Source of the DNA: Candidatus Eiseniibacteriota bacterium
GTDB lineage: Bacteria; Eisenbacteria; RBG-16-71-46; CAVPCR01
Direction: 5' to 3'
Length of the DNA stretch: 64,000 bases
Assembly (NCBI GenBank): GCA_963823555.1
Contig: CAWGMA010000003.1
Span: 788,214-852,213 of the forward strand
Shown: in pieces, positions 28,494 through 38,973 of the stretch
Numbering within the stretch: position 1 is the first letter of the stretch
How the letters are laid out: each line of letters starts with the position of its first letter
Notes under the pieces: model-generated
What the model saw: the letters and a program-made list of their open reading frames with translations, nothing else
What the model was told of the DNA's origin: nothing
Databases searched by the model: none
Program-made: the position numbers and the translations under genes

Positions 28494-29990
28494 ATGAGGC
28501 GTGCTAGCCACGCGGCGGGCGCCGCCAGCCGCGGGTGTCCAGGCAGGGTCGCCGTCGTCGGCCTGGTCTTCCTTCTCGGCGGGGCCTCCACTCCTGTCAT
28601 GGCCGGTGATGGCGAGGAGGCGCCGGCCGTTCGCGTCAACCGCTATCTGGTCGCGCACGAATTCGATCGCGCCGCCGGAGTCTGCCGCGACCAGGTCCGT
28701 GACGATCGATCGGATCCCGCCCTGCGCGCCTCGTGCGCCCAGACCCTGGTGATGCGCGACCGCGTCTGCCTGCCGGCTCCGCCCGACGCCGAGGCGCTCC
28801 ATGAAAGCGCGGCCGGGACCAGGAACTGCGATGCGAGCTTCCTCTCCCGGGCGGCGCAGGATTCGATCGCGGGTTTGCTGGCGGTCGAGGTCCAGCTGGC
28901 GCCCGACGACATCCAGAGCTATCTGCTTTCCGTCGATCACGAGATCCGCTTCGGGACCCCGGATCGTCTGCGCCTTGCCCTCGCGGGAATGCGACGGTTC
29001 GAGGCCTCGGACATCCATGACGAGCTCCTGGTCCGACTCCAGACGATCCAGAGGCCGGGTATGGCCGCCGTGGCCGCGCGCGCGGCTCTCGAATCGGGAC
29101 CGGACCCGCTCGGCTGTGACGCCGCCCTCAAGATCGCCGGCAGCCTGCTCCAGGCGGGTGACTTCGATCGGGCGCTCGCCGGCCTGGGTCGAGCACCGGC
29201 CGATTCGTCCTGCGTGCGCCAGAGAACCGCTATGGCCGCCTCGATTCTGACGGTCGCCGGAAGGCATCGGGAGCTCTGGGAGCTCACGCGCAGAGCCCCT
29301 TCCGGTATCGCCACCATCGAGTACTACCGCTACGTGTTGCTATCTTCGCTCGCCGCGGCCCATTTCGATTCGTCGCTCGCCCGGAACCGTCTCGACTACG
29401 AGGAGGCGAACCAATCGTCCTATCCGGAGCTGGCGGGCACATTCCTCGACGACTTGCGCGCCCTGCTCGATGAGCCGGCGGCACCCGGCGAGGCCTGGGC
29501 CGAGCTCGCAGAGCGCGATCTCGTTGCCGGCGTTCGCTTCGGCGAAGTGCGCGTCTTGCTCCGCTCCCTGGCCCTCCGCCGCAATCCGCGACTCGGATCC
29601 GTCGCGCTCGATCAGGCGAACGATCTGGCCAGCCGGAGCCAGCTCCGGTCGGCCGGCGAAGTCCTGGAAGATGTTGCCGGTGGCCGGCAACCCGAGCTCG
29701 ATCGGCGCTGGGATCCACGCCGTCCGGAATACCTCCGCCAATCCGCAGTTTACTACTTCAAGGCCGATGACGATATCTCGTGCCGGGAAGTCCTGGATGC
29801 GATCGACGAACCGAACGCGACCGACCGGCTTCTGGCCGGAGCGGCCGCGCTTCGCGCCGAGGACTGGGCGGTGGCCAAGAGCCATCTGGAGCAGGTGAAG
29901 ACCCCCGCGGCGGACGTCGGGCAGGTCGAAACCGCGAACCGTTTGCTGGCGCTGATCCCGGCTCGGGCACATGACGATGCCTCGCCGTGA
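28494..29990 (+). CDS. Hypothetical exported helical (TPR-like) protein
   Basis: Long ORF with signal-like N-terminus; helical Ala/Leu-rich sequence; no family recognised. Confidence 0.6.
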   Translation: MRRASHAAGAASRGCPGRVAVVGLVFLLGGASTPVMAGDGEEAPAVRVNRYLVAHEFDRAAGVCRDQVRDDRSDPALRASCAQTLVMRDRVCLPAPPDAEALHESAAGTRNCDASFLSRAAQDSIAGLLAVEVQLAPDDIQSYLLSVDHEIRFGTPDRLRLALAGMRRFEASDIHDELLVRLQTIQRPGMAAVAARAALESGPDPLGCDAALKIAGSLLQAGDFDRALAGLGRAPADSSCVRQRTAMAASILTVAGRHRELWELTRRAPSGIATIEYYRYVLLSSLAAAHFDSSLARNRLDYEEANQSSYPELAGTFLDDLRALLDEPAAPGEAWAELAERDLVAGVRFGEVRVLLRSLALRRNPRLGSVALDQANDLASRSQLRSAGEVLEDVAGGRQPELDRRWDPRRPEYLRQSAVYYFKADDDISCREVLDAIDEPNATDRLLAGAAALRAEDWAVAKSHLEQVKTPAADVGQVETANRLLALIPARAHDDASP

Positions 29991-30012
29991 GCGCGGGACA
30001 TCGGTGACCGCC

Positions 30013-31899
30013 ATGGGTGCGAGCTGGCTCCTCGCCATGCACACCATGGTCTGCGGGTTGGTGCTCGCCGCTCCGGCCGCGGCGACCGGTGTCGCGGCCG
30101 CCGAGGTTGCTGATGCCACCGCGGATACGACGGGAGTGGCCGCCCTGCTCGCGGCCCATGCCAGGGCGCTGGGTGGGGAAGCGGCGGTCGCTGCGGCTGC
30201 CGGGTGGGAGATCTCGGGAGAGGTTGCAGCCGCGGGCGGGCAGGGTGAGTTCCGCATGATCGTCCTCCGCTCGGCGGCGCATCGCCTCGAACTCGAACTC
30301 GGCGCCATCAACGAGCAGAGCGGGTTCGATGGCAGGGAGGCCTGGGTCCACGACTTGAACGGCGTCACGCGCCATCTCCGGCTCCGGGAGCGGGAGGAGG
30401 CCATCTTGCGTGGCGCGCTCCTGGCCCAGGGATATCTCGGGGTGGCCGGTGGCGCCGATTCCCTCGGCCTCTCCCTCCGCCGCCTCGAGTCCACAGCGAG
30501 CGCAGACGTGCTCGAGCTCGCGCTGGCGAGCCGTGAGGAGGATGCCGGGCCGGGCCTCGAGCTCCATCTCGATCGGTCCACGCATCTCATCACCGCCGCT
30601 GTCTGGCACGATGTCTTCGGCACGGTTCGCACCGAGCTCGGTGATTACCGACCGGTCTCCGGGGTCTTGATCCCGCATCGCATCGATCGCCAGATGCCGG
30701 GTGGTCTCGATGAGCAGTACCGGGTCACCATGGCGCGTGGTGTGAAGGATGCGACGGCATTCCCACCCTCCACGTTCATCGCTCCGCCAACCAGATCCAA
30801 TGTCATCTTCGGCTCGGCTGAAAGGGCCGTGGTGCCGCTGCGCATGGTCGGCCAGCACATTCTCGTCGCCGCGCGGGTCAACGGCCGTGACGCCGGCCTC
30901 TTCTTCCTGGATACGGGTGCCGGTGGCAACTGCGTGAACCTCAGGCTGGCCAGGGAGCTCGAGCTTCCGGTGGTCGGCGACGTGGCGGCGGCGGGGGTCG
31001 GCGGCATCGAGACAAGTGAGTTCCGGCGCGTCCAGTCGCTCGAGCTCGACCATGTGCGCCTGGGTGAGCATGTCCTCGTGGCGCTCGATCTCGAGCCGAT
31101 CGAGGCGATGATGGGAGTCCGGATCGGCGGCATCATCGGTTACGACTTCCTGAGCCAGGTCCTGTTCTCGCTCGACTATGACGAGCGCACGTTCGTCGTG
31201 CGCCCGCGCGAGGCTACGTCTCCCGCAGGTGGCAGAGAAGTACCGCTACTCCTCCTCCGGAACGTGCCGCTCCTCCCGGGAACGGTCGATGATCGCTTCT
31301 CGGGATGGTTCCGTCTCGATACCGGAGCCAGCATGTCCCTGGTCCTGCACCGCTGGTTCGTCGAGGCGCACGACCTCGACGCGGAACCGATGACCGGGGC
31401 CGCCGAGGCGACAGGCGTGGGCGGTACGCAGCGCCTCCAGCTGCGTTCGCTCGACTCCTTCACCTTTGGCGGAGAGCGCTTCACCGATTTCGAGGCGGGC
31501 TTTGCGCTGGCCGAGGAAGGGGCCTTTGCCGACCTGGAGAGCGCGGGCACGATCGGGGGCGAACTCCTGCGGCAGATGGTGATGACGTTCGATTATGGGC
31601 GGGAGCGCGCCTGGCTCGAGCGCCGGCCCGCGTCCGCAGACCGTGGCTTCGGCTTCGGCGCGCGCTTCGACGGCGATCGCCTGGTGGTCACCGAGGTCCG
31701 GGCGGATCGTGCCGCGGCCCGGGCCGGGCTCCATCCCGGGGATCAGATCATCCGCGTCCGCGGCCGCGAGATCGACCGTTCGCTGATGCTCGATCTCGCC
31801 GACATCTTTCGCTTCGCGCCGGATGAGGAAGCGGTCGAGATGGCGGTCGAGCGGAAGGGCGAGTCCCTGACCCTCACCCTCCACCTTCGTTCAGACTAG
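30013..31899 (+). CDS. Exported aspartyl protease with two retropepsin-like domains and a C-terminal PDZ
   Basis: FFLDTGA...GIIG and FRLDTGA...GTIG; C-terminal AARAGLHPGDQI PDZ; start uncertain (29971-30037). Confidence 0.85.
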   Translation: MGASWLLAMHTMVCGLVLAAPAAATGVAAAEVADATADTTGVAALLAAHARALGGEAAVAAAAGWEISGEVAAAGGQGEFRMIVLRSAAHRLELELGAINEQSGFDGREAWVHDLNGVTRHLRLREREEAILRGALLAQGYLGVAGGADSLGLSLRRLESTASADVLELALASREEDAGPGLELHLDRSTHLITAAVWHDVFGTVRTELGDYRPVSGVLIPHRIDRQMPGGLDEQYRVTMARGVKDATAFPPSTFIAPPTRSNVIFGSAERAVVPLRMVGQHILVAARVNGRDAGLFFLDTGAGGNCVNLRLARELELPVVGDVAAAGVGGIETSEFRRVQSLELDHVRLGEHVLVALDLEPIEAMMGVRIGGIIGYDFLSQVLFSLDYDERTFVVRPREATSPAGGREVPLLLLRNVPLLPGTVDDRFSGWFRLDTGASMSLVLHRWFVEAHDLDAEPMTGAAEATGVGGTQRLQLRSLDSFTFGGERFTDFEAGFALAEEGAFADLESAGTIGGELLRQMVMTFDYGRERAWLERRPASADRGFGFGARFDGDRLVVTEVRADRAAARAGLHPGDQIIRVRGREIDRSLMLDLADIFRFAPDEEAVEMAVERKGESLTLTLHLRSD

Positions 31900-31905
31900 C
31901 GATCC

Positions 31906-34758
31906 TCAGCCGGACTCCACCAGGACGCGGCTCGTGTTTCCCTGCTTCGAGACCACGATACGCGCCGGCATCCGCTGCGCGAGCTCGGGGATGTGGGTGA
32001 TGATGCCGACCGTGCGCCCGCGGCCATAGAGCGCTTCGATGGCGCCGGCGACGGCATCGAGATGCTCGGCGTCCAGAGTGCCGAAGCCCTCGTCGAGGAA
32101 CAGGCTCTCGAGCGGAACGGATCCCGAGCCCCCGGCCAGCTCGGTCAGGCGCTCGGCGAAGGCGATGGCGAGCGCGAGCGAGGCGGTGAACGTCTCGCCG
32201 CCGGAGAGCGTGCGCACGGAACGACGTTCATCGGCATTGGCGTGATCGATGATGAAGAAGCGCCGATCCTCGCTCATGAGCGAGAACGTCACATGGGGGA
32301 AGCCCTTCAAGTGGAGATTGGCATCGGCGGCCAGAACCTCGATCGCCTCCTCGTGGAGATAGTTGACGAAGCGGTCGGCTTGCAGATCCCGGGCCAGCTG
32401 GCCGGCGAGCGCGGTTTCCCCCCGCACCGCCTCGAGCTCGGCCTCGATGGCGGCTCGACGCTCGATCGCTCGCTCGATGTCCCCGAGTTCACGGGCGGTG
32501 ATCGCCTTCTTCTCGGCGAGATCGCGTTGCTCGCGGACGGCCGCCGCCCGGCGCTCCTCCACTGCCTGGCGTTCGACCTCGCCGCCCTCCGATTGCGGGA
32601 GCTCGAGGCCTGAAGCCCGGGCATGCGCCACGAGGGTGGCACGCAGAGCCGCTCCGGTCTCCTCGGCGGCAAGCGTCGCCTGCACGGCTTCCTGGCCGCG
32701 CGCCCGGCGCTCTCCGAGCGCCGCCCGGGCGGCGATCTTCTCCGCCTCCTTCGCCGCCAGCTTCTCTTTCACTCCCTCGCGCCTCGAGACCAGGGCGTCG
32801 CGTTTCTTTCGGGCGTTCCGCGCCGCATCGAGGGCGGTGCGCACGGCACGGACGGGATCCTCGGTGGGGCCGGTCGCTGCGGCCAGGCGCTGGTGGAGTT
32901 CCCGGGCGGCGGCCTCGTCCTCCCCGCGCCGGCGCGCACGGTCTTCTGCGGCGCGGGTATCGGCGTCGAGCTCGGCGAGCAGGCGATCGTGCACGTGGCG
33001 GGCGGTCAAGAGATCCTCGGCCCGCTGCCGTGCCGCTGCCGCGGCGTCCCGGGCCGCGGCCTCGAGCACCCCGATATCAGCCAGCGCGCGCTCCAGCTCC
33101 GCGAGCGTCCGGTCGGTGGGCGGGGCGCCCAGGTAGCGCTCGAGCTCGGCCTGAGCGCGGTCTTCCTCATCGCCCAGTCGAGAGATGTCGCGCGTGATCT
33201 CCTTGGCCTTCTTCTCCTCTCCTCCGATCGAGGTTTCGATTCGGGTGGCGTCGCGAGCCGCGGTCGCGGCCTGTTCCCGGGCCAGGGTGAGCGCCGCTTC
33301 GGCGCTCGCCACCGCCGTCGCCGCCGAGGGAACAGCCGGCACGCGAGCCACGGACTGCGCGCAGACGGGGCAGGGTTCACCGGGCTTGAGATGCGCTCTC
33401 AGCTCGTGCGCGGCATGGGCGCGCCGGAGCCGGGCGAGCTCTTCCTCGGCACGTGTCACTTCGGCCTTCGCCGCGATCTCGGCCGCGCGTGCCGTCTCGA
33501 GCCGGGTGCGGAGGTCCTCGAGGCCGGCGCGCGTCGCTTCCAGGAGGCGTTCCCTTTCGCCGCGCTCCGTGGCGAGGCGGCGCCGGCGGCGCTCGGACTC
33601 GAGGTTCTGCACAATCTCAGCCGGCGTTTTGAAACGCGCGGCGATTTCCCCCAGCGCCTCCTGGGCGGTGGCGGCGACCCGGGCGGCTTCCGCGCTCGCA
33701 CTCTCGGCGCGATTCACCGTGGTCGTGGCGGCGTCGATCTTCTGCTCCAGCTCGGCGAGCCTGGCTGCTGCCTTGGTCGCCTCGGCCTCGGCTCGCGCGA
33801 GGGCTGCCGTGATCTCGGCGTAGCGCACGGCGTCCCCCTCGGCTCGCTCGAGGGCAAGGTAGCGCTCCTCGTCATGCGGGATACGAGAGAGTTCGGCATC
33901 GATCTCGCTGAGCGCGCGCGAATCGGTCTCGAGGCCGCGGTCGATCTCGCTGAGCTGAGCCTCCACCTCGCGCTCGGCCGCCGCGTGCTCGGTGGCCGAG
34001 CGGCGCAGGCGATTCACCTCGGTCAGGGCTCGAGCCAGGATCTCGGCCTCCCGCGCCAGCTCGGTCCATTGGCGCTCGGCTTCCTCGCTCGAGCGAGCAA
34101 GCGCTGTGAGCTGGTCGAGCCTGGTCTCGTGCTCGGCGCGGGCTTCGGCGGTGGCGAACGCGAGCTGCTCACGTTCCCCCTCGAGATCTCGCCCCCGCTG
34201 CTCACGCGCCGCGAACCGCGAGCGAGCCAGCTCGCGCATCCGCCCGTAGATCTGCGTGCGCAGGAGCCGGCTCAGGACCTCGGTCGTCTGTGCCGGCTCG
34301 CCCTTCAGGAACTGATCGAACTCTCCCTGGGGCAACACGACGGCGCGGATGAACGATTCGTAGTCGAGCCCGATCAGTCGCTCGACCTCTCGTTCGACCG
34401 CGGCCGCCTTGCCGGCCAGCGCCTGCCAGTCACCACCCTCCTTGCGCTCGAGGGCGGCCTTGGTCAGGACGCTCTTGGTGGTGCGCGAGGAGCTGCGCAC
34501 CGCGCGATAGACGGTTTCGCCGACCGTGAAGTCGAGCCGCACCCGCATCGCCGGCTGCCCGCGCGACACGAGTTGATTGATGTCCCTGTTGAGGCGCGGC
34601 GCGCGGCCGTAGAGGGCATACACCATGGCGTCGAGGAGAGAGGTCTTGCCCGAGCCGGTGGCCCCGGTGATGGCGAAGAGATCGAGCGTGCGGAAATCGA
34701 TCGTGGTACGCGTGCGAAAGCTCGTGAAGCCCTCGAGCTCGAGCTCGAGCGGGCGCAT
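31906..34758 (-). CDS. sbcC: SbcC/Rad50 SMC-like ATPase
   Basis: GATGSGKTS, LPQGEF, coiled coil with CPVC zinc hook, LSGGE, FLDEGFG, ITH. Confidence 0.95.
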   Translation of the reverse strand: MRPLELELEGFTSFRTRTTIDFRTLDLFAITGATGSGKTSLLDAMVYALYGRAPRLNRDINQLVSRGQPAMRVRLDFTVGETVYRAVRSSSRTTKSVLTKAALERKEGGDWQALAGKAAAVEREVERLIGLDYESFIRAVVLPQGEFDQFLKGEPAQTTEVLSRLLRTQIYGRMRELARSRFAAREQRGRDLEGEREQLAFATAEARAEHETRLDQLTALARSSEEAERQWTELAREAEILARALTEVNRLRRSATEHAAAEREVEAQLSEIDRGLETDSRALSEIDAELSRIPHDEERYLALERAEGDAVRYAEITAALARAEAEATKAAARLAELEQKIDAATTTVNRAESASAEAARVAATAQEALGEIAARFKTPAEIVQNLESERRRRRLATERGERERLLEATRAGLEDLRTRLETARAAEIAAKAEVTRAEEELARLRRAHAAHELRAHLKPGEPCPVCAQSVARVPAVPSAATAVASAEAALTLAREQAATAARDATRIETSIGGEEKKAKEITRDISRLGDEEDRAQAELERYLGAPPTDRTLAELERALADIGVLEAAARDAAAAARQRAEDLLTARHVHDRLLAELDADTRAAEDRARRRGEDEAAARELHQRLAAATGPTEDPVRAVRTALDAARNARKKRDALVSRREGVKEKLAAKEAEKIAARAALGERRARGQEAVQATLAAEETGAALRATLVAHARASGLELPQSEGGEVERQAVEERRAAAVREQRDLAEKKAITARELGDIERAIERRAAIEAELEAVRGETALAGQLARDLQADRFVNYLHEEAIEVLAADANLHLKGFPHVTFSLMSEDRRFFIIDHANADERRSVRTLSGGETFTASLALAIAFAERLTELAGGSGSVPLESLFLDEGFGTLDAEHLDAVAGAIEALYGRGRTVGIITHIPELAQRMPARIVVSKQGNTSRVLVESG

Positions 34759-35933
34759 CAGGCCGTCTCCTCGGTGTGGGCTTCGGTCAGGAGCTCGCGA
34801 AAGAGAGCCAGGAGCTCCGGGCCGGGCGGCTTGCCGTAACGCTGCTCGTGATAGCTCTGGAAGAGATCGGCCGGGTCGAGACCGCTGGCCAGGCGCCGGG
34901 GCCGGTCCTCGCGCGCCTCGACGGGCTCGGTTTCGAGCAGGACCTGCACCGCGTTGGGCAGGAGCTTTCGCACCTCGTCGGCGAGCCCGGGCTCGGTGGA
35001 GGCGGCGGGGACCACGACCCGCAGGTAATCGTCTCCGAGCCCGGCGTCCGCGGCGGCGGCCACGAGTTCCGGCAAGGTGCCACGCACCTCGCGGAGGCCG
35101 CGTCCCGCCCGGAGCGGGATGGGTGTGATGCGGGCCGGGGTACGGGGCCCCGTCACCTCGACCAGGACGACGCTCTTCTCCTGCCCCTTCTCGCCGAAGT
35201 CGAGGGCCAGGGGCGATCCGGCGAAGCGCGCCGGGGAGGGGGCGGCCACCGCCTGGGGGCGGTGGATGTGGCCGAGGGCGAGGTAGTGGAGGTTCCTGGG
35301 CAAGAGGGCCGCGGGGATCGCGTAGCTGTCGCCGATGTGGATCGCGCGCTCGCCACCGCCGACCATCGAGCCGTCCACGTGCAGGTGGCCGAGGAGCAGG
35401 CGGATCGGATGGGCGGCCAGAGCCTGGGCGAAGGCATCGAGGATCCTCGCCATGCGCTCCGCATAGCGCACGAAGACGGTGGCGGTCTCCTCCATCAGGG
35501 CGTTGGCCTCCACCATCTTGTGCTCGGGAATGAAGGGCACGGCTCCGATCGCCGCTTTCTCTCCGCGCGGCGATTCGATCACGAAGATCCCGCCGGCGTC
35601 GGGACGGGCGAAATCGCTGCGCACATGGACATCGATCACCTCGAGCAGCGACGAGACCGCCGCCAATTTCCGCTCGTGATCGTGATTTCCAGCGATGACG
35701 ACGGCGGGGATGCGGGCGCGACCCAGATCGCGGAAGAAGTCATAGACGATCTTCTCGGCCTCGGCACCCGGAGCTGCCGATTCGAACACGTCCCCGGTGA
35801 CGAGCAGGCAATCGACGGCCTCGCGCCGGCCGATGGCGAGGATCTCGGCGAGCACCTGCCGGTGCTCGTCGGCGCGGCTCCGGCCGCCGATCGTCTTGCC
35901 CACATGCCAGTCCGAGGTGTGGAGGAAGCGCAT
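34758..35933 (-). CDS. sbcD: SbcD/Mre11 nuclease
   Basis: HTSDWH, GDVF, GNHD, GHLH, LGHIH; stop overlaps the sbcC start. Confidence 0.95.
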   Translation of the reverse strand: MRFLHTSDWHVGKTIGGRSRADEHRQVLAEILAIGRREAVDCLLVTGDVFESAAPGAEAEKIVYDFFRDLGRARIPAVVIAGNHDHERKLAAVSSLLEVIDVHVRSDFARPDAGGIFVIESPRGEKAAIGAVPFIPEHKMVEANALMEETATVFVRYAERMARILDAFAQALAAHPIRLLLGHLHVDGSMVGGGERAIHIGDSYAIPAALLPRNLHYLALGHIHRPQAVAAPSPARFAGSPLALDFGEKGQEKSVVLVEVTGPRTPARITPIPLRAGRGLREVRGTLPELVAAAADAGLGDDYLRVVVPAASTEPGLADEVRKLLPNAVQVLLETEPVEAREDRPRRLASGLDPADLFQSYHEQRYGKPPGPELLALFRELLTEAHTEETA

Positions 35934-35945
35934 GGTTGGATGAAC

Positions 35946-37652
35946 CTAGCGTTCGAGCCGATCGAAGAGGTCGGAGATGGGGGTCGTGACCGCGGCGGGC
36001 GCCGCCTCGTCCGGTCGCGTCGCCCAGGCCGGGAAGGGGAAACGCACGACGAGGGGGATCGGGATTTCGGGCTGGAGGACGATCATCGTGCCCGGTTTCA
36101 AGATCGCCGCTCGCTGCCGGGCCGTGGCCGGAAGGAAGCTGTACTCGTCGCGACCGGCCTCGGCGGCATCGAGCCGGCCGACGACGCGGAGCGCCGAGTT
36201 GACGACCACTCGCCGCTCCACCTCGCTCGCTGTCTGCTGGGCGCCGATCAAGATGATGCCGAGACTGCGCCCGCGCTCGGCGATGTCGAGGATGATCTCC
36301 TTGATCGGACTCCAGCCCTCGCGCGGCGCGAGCTTGTTGAGCTCGTCGAGGAGCACGAAGGAGAAGGGCTCGCGGGCTCCCAGGCTCTCCTTCTCCTCGA
36401 ACATGCGCTTGAGGACGACGCCGACCACGAAGCGCTGGGCGCGCTCGTGCAGGTTGTGAATGTCGATGACGGTGACCTGGGCGCGGCCGAGATCGATGCG
36501 ATGCTCGGTGGTGCGCTCCACTCCTTGCCCGCGGAGCAGGTGCCCGACGCGGCTCGCCGCTGCCTCGAGCCGGCGCACGAAGGCGGAGATGGTGCCGGGG
36601 GCGGTGGCGCCCACCCAGGCGTCGACGCGCGCCTCGCAGAGGTTGCGCACCGCCTCAACCAGCTCGTGGAAGGTGTTGACGCGCTCGTCGCCGATCGCGA
36701 TCCAGGGATCCTCGGCATTGCCGGTGTCGGCGGCCGCCCGCTCGAGCTGCGCCTCGACGCGGTTGATGAGGGACTCGAGGTGTCCGGCCTCGGAGTCGGC
36801 ATCGGCAAAGAGAAAGCGCAGGAAGCGTTCGCGAGCGAACTCGCGTAGCGTCCAGTAGAAGGGAGTGACACCCTCCAGGCGCGACCCCGTGTCGGGGATC
36901 TGCGGCCCGGTGGCCCCGCGGCGCGTGGGAGCGAAGAGGCTCACGCTCTGGAACGGGCCGGCGGGAAGCCCGAGCGCGGAATAGGCATCGCGCGCCGCCG
37001 CGTCGAGCCGAGCGTTCGGGCGGTCGAGAAAGAGGAGATCCTCGCCCTTCACGTTGAAGACGATGGCCCGGGCGTTGGTGGTCGCCGTGCCGAGCACCGG
37101 GGAGTGGAAGAGGTTGTAGAGGAGGAACGTGGCGTAAGTGGTCTTGGTCGCCACGCCCGAGATGCCGGAGATGTTGACGTGAGCGCCGCGGGTGCCGTCG
37201 AGGAAGTCGAGGTTGGCGTAGACCGGCTGGTCGTCGCGGCCGATCCCGAGGGCAAGGCGGCGTGCGGGCGCCATCTTGTCGAAGAAGAGGGCGACATCGC
37301 GCTCCTCGACCGCCAGGAAGACATCCTCGCCCGGGTGGGGCGGGACGAAGATCTCCGGTTCGACGCGGGTGACGGCGACGTGGGCGGCAAGGGACAGCTC
37401 GGCCGGCAGGAGGCCGTCGGTGACCAGGAAGACATCGGAGTCGAACTGCGTCCCCTCGTGTCGGGCGCGGACGAGATCGACCAAGCCGTAGAGATGGATC
37501 ACGGTGCCGTCAGGGAGCGCGGTGCGGACGAGGACCACGTCGTCGAGCTGGAGATAGGCGTCGCGGCGCACGGCCACCCAGAAGCCGAGCGGGGTCGAGT
37601 CCTGGGTGCCGAGGACCTGGCCGACGAGCGGCTTGCGGCTTGCGGCTCTCAT
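35946..37652 (-). CDS. herA: HerA family ATPase/helicase
   Basis: N-terminal HAS-barrel-like region, Walker A variant GISGVATKT, VLLDELNK, RGRSLG, GAQQ. Confidence 0.9.
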   Translation of the reverse strand: MRAASRKPLVGQVLGTQDSTPLGFWVAVRRDAYLQLDDVVLVRTALPDGTVIHLYGLVDLVRARHEGTQFDSDVFLVTDGLLPAELSLAAHVAVTRVEPEIFVPPHPGEDVFLAVEERDVALFFDKMAPARRLALGIGRDDQPVYANLDFLDGTRGAHVNISGISGVATKTTYATFLLYNLFHSPVLGTATTNARAIVFNVKGEDLLFLDRPNARLDAAARDAYSALGLPAGPFQSVSLFAPTRRGATGPQIPDTGSRLEGVTPFYWTLREFARERFLRFLFADADSEAGHLESLINRVEAQLERAAADTGNAEDPWIAIGDERVNTFHELVEAVRNLCEARVDAWVGATAPGTISAFVRRLEAAASRVGHLLRGQGVERTTEHRIDLGRAQVTVIDIHNLHERAQRFVVGVVLKRMFEEKESLGAREPFSFVLLDELNKLAPREGWSPIKEIILDIAERGRSLGIILIGAQQTASEVERRVVVNSALRVVGRLDAAEAGRDEYSFLPATARQRAAILKPGTMIVLQPEIPIPLVVRFPFPAWATRPDEAAPAAVTTPISDLFDRLER

Positions 37653-38647
37653 GGTGTCTCCTGGCGTGAGAGATGAGCGGTGATGGCGCGGTGGATGAGC
37701 GTGCTGTCGCCGAGGCGATGGCGGAGAAGCTTCTCCAGACCACCCAGGGGAACGAGGTTCTGTGGCGAGCGCGAGTCGCGCTCACGCGTCGATGCGCAGC
37801 GGACCAGAGCGGCGGCGGAGCGGTCGGCGATCGCTCGCGCAGCCTCGATCCCGACGTCACTCCCACATTCGAGCCGGGCGATGCCGGCCAGCTCGTGATC
37901 AGCGGGGCCGCCCAGGCCGAGCCGCAGGTACCAGGAGTAGCGCTGGTTCTTGTCGAGTATCGCAAATATCGGCGTGCGCTGGCCGGGGCGGAGCCGGGGC
38001 AGGAGCGCGAGGTCGTCGGGAGCGAGATACGAGCGATGGAGGCTCTTGACGAAGCCGATGAGCGGCGTGCCCGTGCGCGCAAGATAGGCGAGGGGCCCGT
38101 CGGCGACGATGAGGGCTCCCGGCGGCAGGGCAGCCCTTCCGTTGCCCGGGTCAGCGAGTGAGCGCGCCAGATCGTCCTCGGCCCGGCGCATCTCGGTCTG
38201 CAATCCCTGAAGGGGTGCGGTGGGATCGGTATCCGGCACCGCGATCGGAGCGTAGGCAAGGTGGCTCCCGTCTCCCGAGATCGGGACCAGGAGCGGATCG
38301 CGCTCGGTGCCGTCTCCCAGCACGAGCACGCGGCGGGATACGAGCGCGATCATCTCGGGGATGCCGTGGCCCGCGCCGAGCGCACCGACCGCGTAGCTTC
38401 CGAGGAGGCCGTAGACCGGACCCCGGCCATCACGCCTGCCGATGACGCGGGCATCGACCCGTCGCACCCCATCGATGAAGACCAGCGCCGACGGTTCGCC
38501 GGCACAGGCATCGGGGTCGGCAGCGGCCCAACGGGCTGACTCGACGCCGATATCGACCGGAGGCGCAGCCATCGCCTCGTCGATGGCGACGGCCGGACCC
38601 AGATCGCTGGCCCAGGGGTCGAGTTTGAGATCCACGGCCGTTGGCAT
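37649..38647 (-). CDS. nurA: NurA family nuclease
   Basis: FIDGVRR, ADGPL, GFVKS, RSPQNL motifs; stop overlaps the herA start; start placed at ATG 38647. Confidence 0.8.
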   Translation of the reverse strand: MPTAVDLKLDPWASDLGPAVAIDEAMAAPPVDIGVESARWAAADPDACAGEPSALVFIDGVRRVDARVIGRRDGRGPVYGLLGSYAVGALGAGHGIPEMIALVSRRVLVLGDGTERDPLLVPISGDGSHLAYAPIAVPDTDPTAPLQGLQTEMRRAEDDLARSLADPGNGRAALPPGALIVADGPLAYLARTGTPLIGFVKSLHRSYLAPDDLALLPRLRPGQRTPIFAILDKNQRYSWYLRLGLGGPADHELAGIARLECGSDVGIEAARAIADRSAAALVRCASTRERDSRSPQNLVPLGGLEKLLRHRLGDSTLIHRAITAHLSRQETP

Positions 38648-38973
38648 GATGTTGGAGGCTAGCAGATGGCTTGAAACTGACCTAGGATGAGGGCGATGGT
38701 ATCCAAATGGATAGTCGGTTGCCAAGCAGACTTTCAGTGGGTCCCGGCTCTCTGCCGGCCCGGCCCGGAACTAGGTCGAGTGCCCATCGGAACGTCCTTC
38801 TCCTGATCCACGATCCACGCGGCGTGCCCGGAGGCTCGCTCGGCGGTACTTTTCTGGCGCGTCGAGGCAATGGGACCGGGCGACGCGGTGGTTCCGCGCT
38901 CTGGGCCGTCGAGTGGAAGGGACGCTGAGTCCGATCGACGAAGTCACGATTAGTCCACGCGTAGATTCGACCG

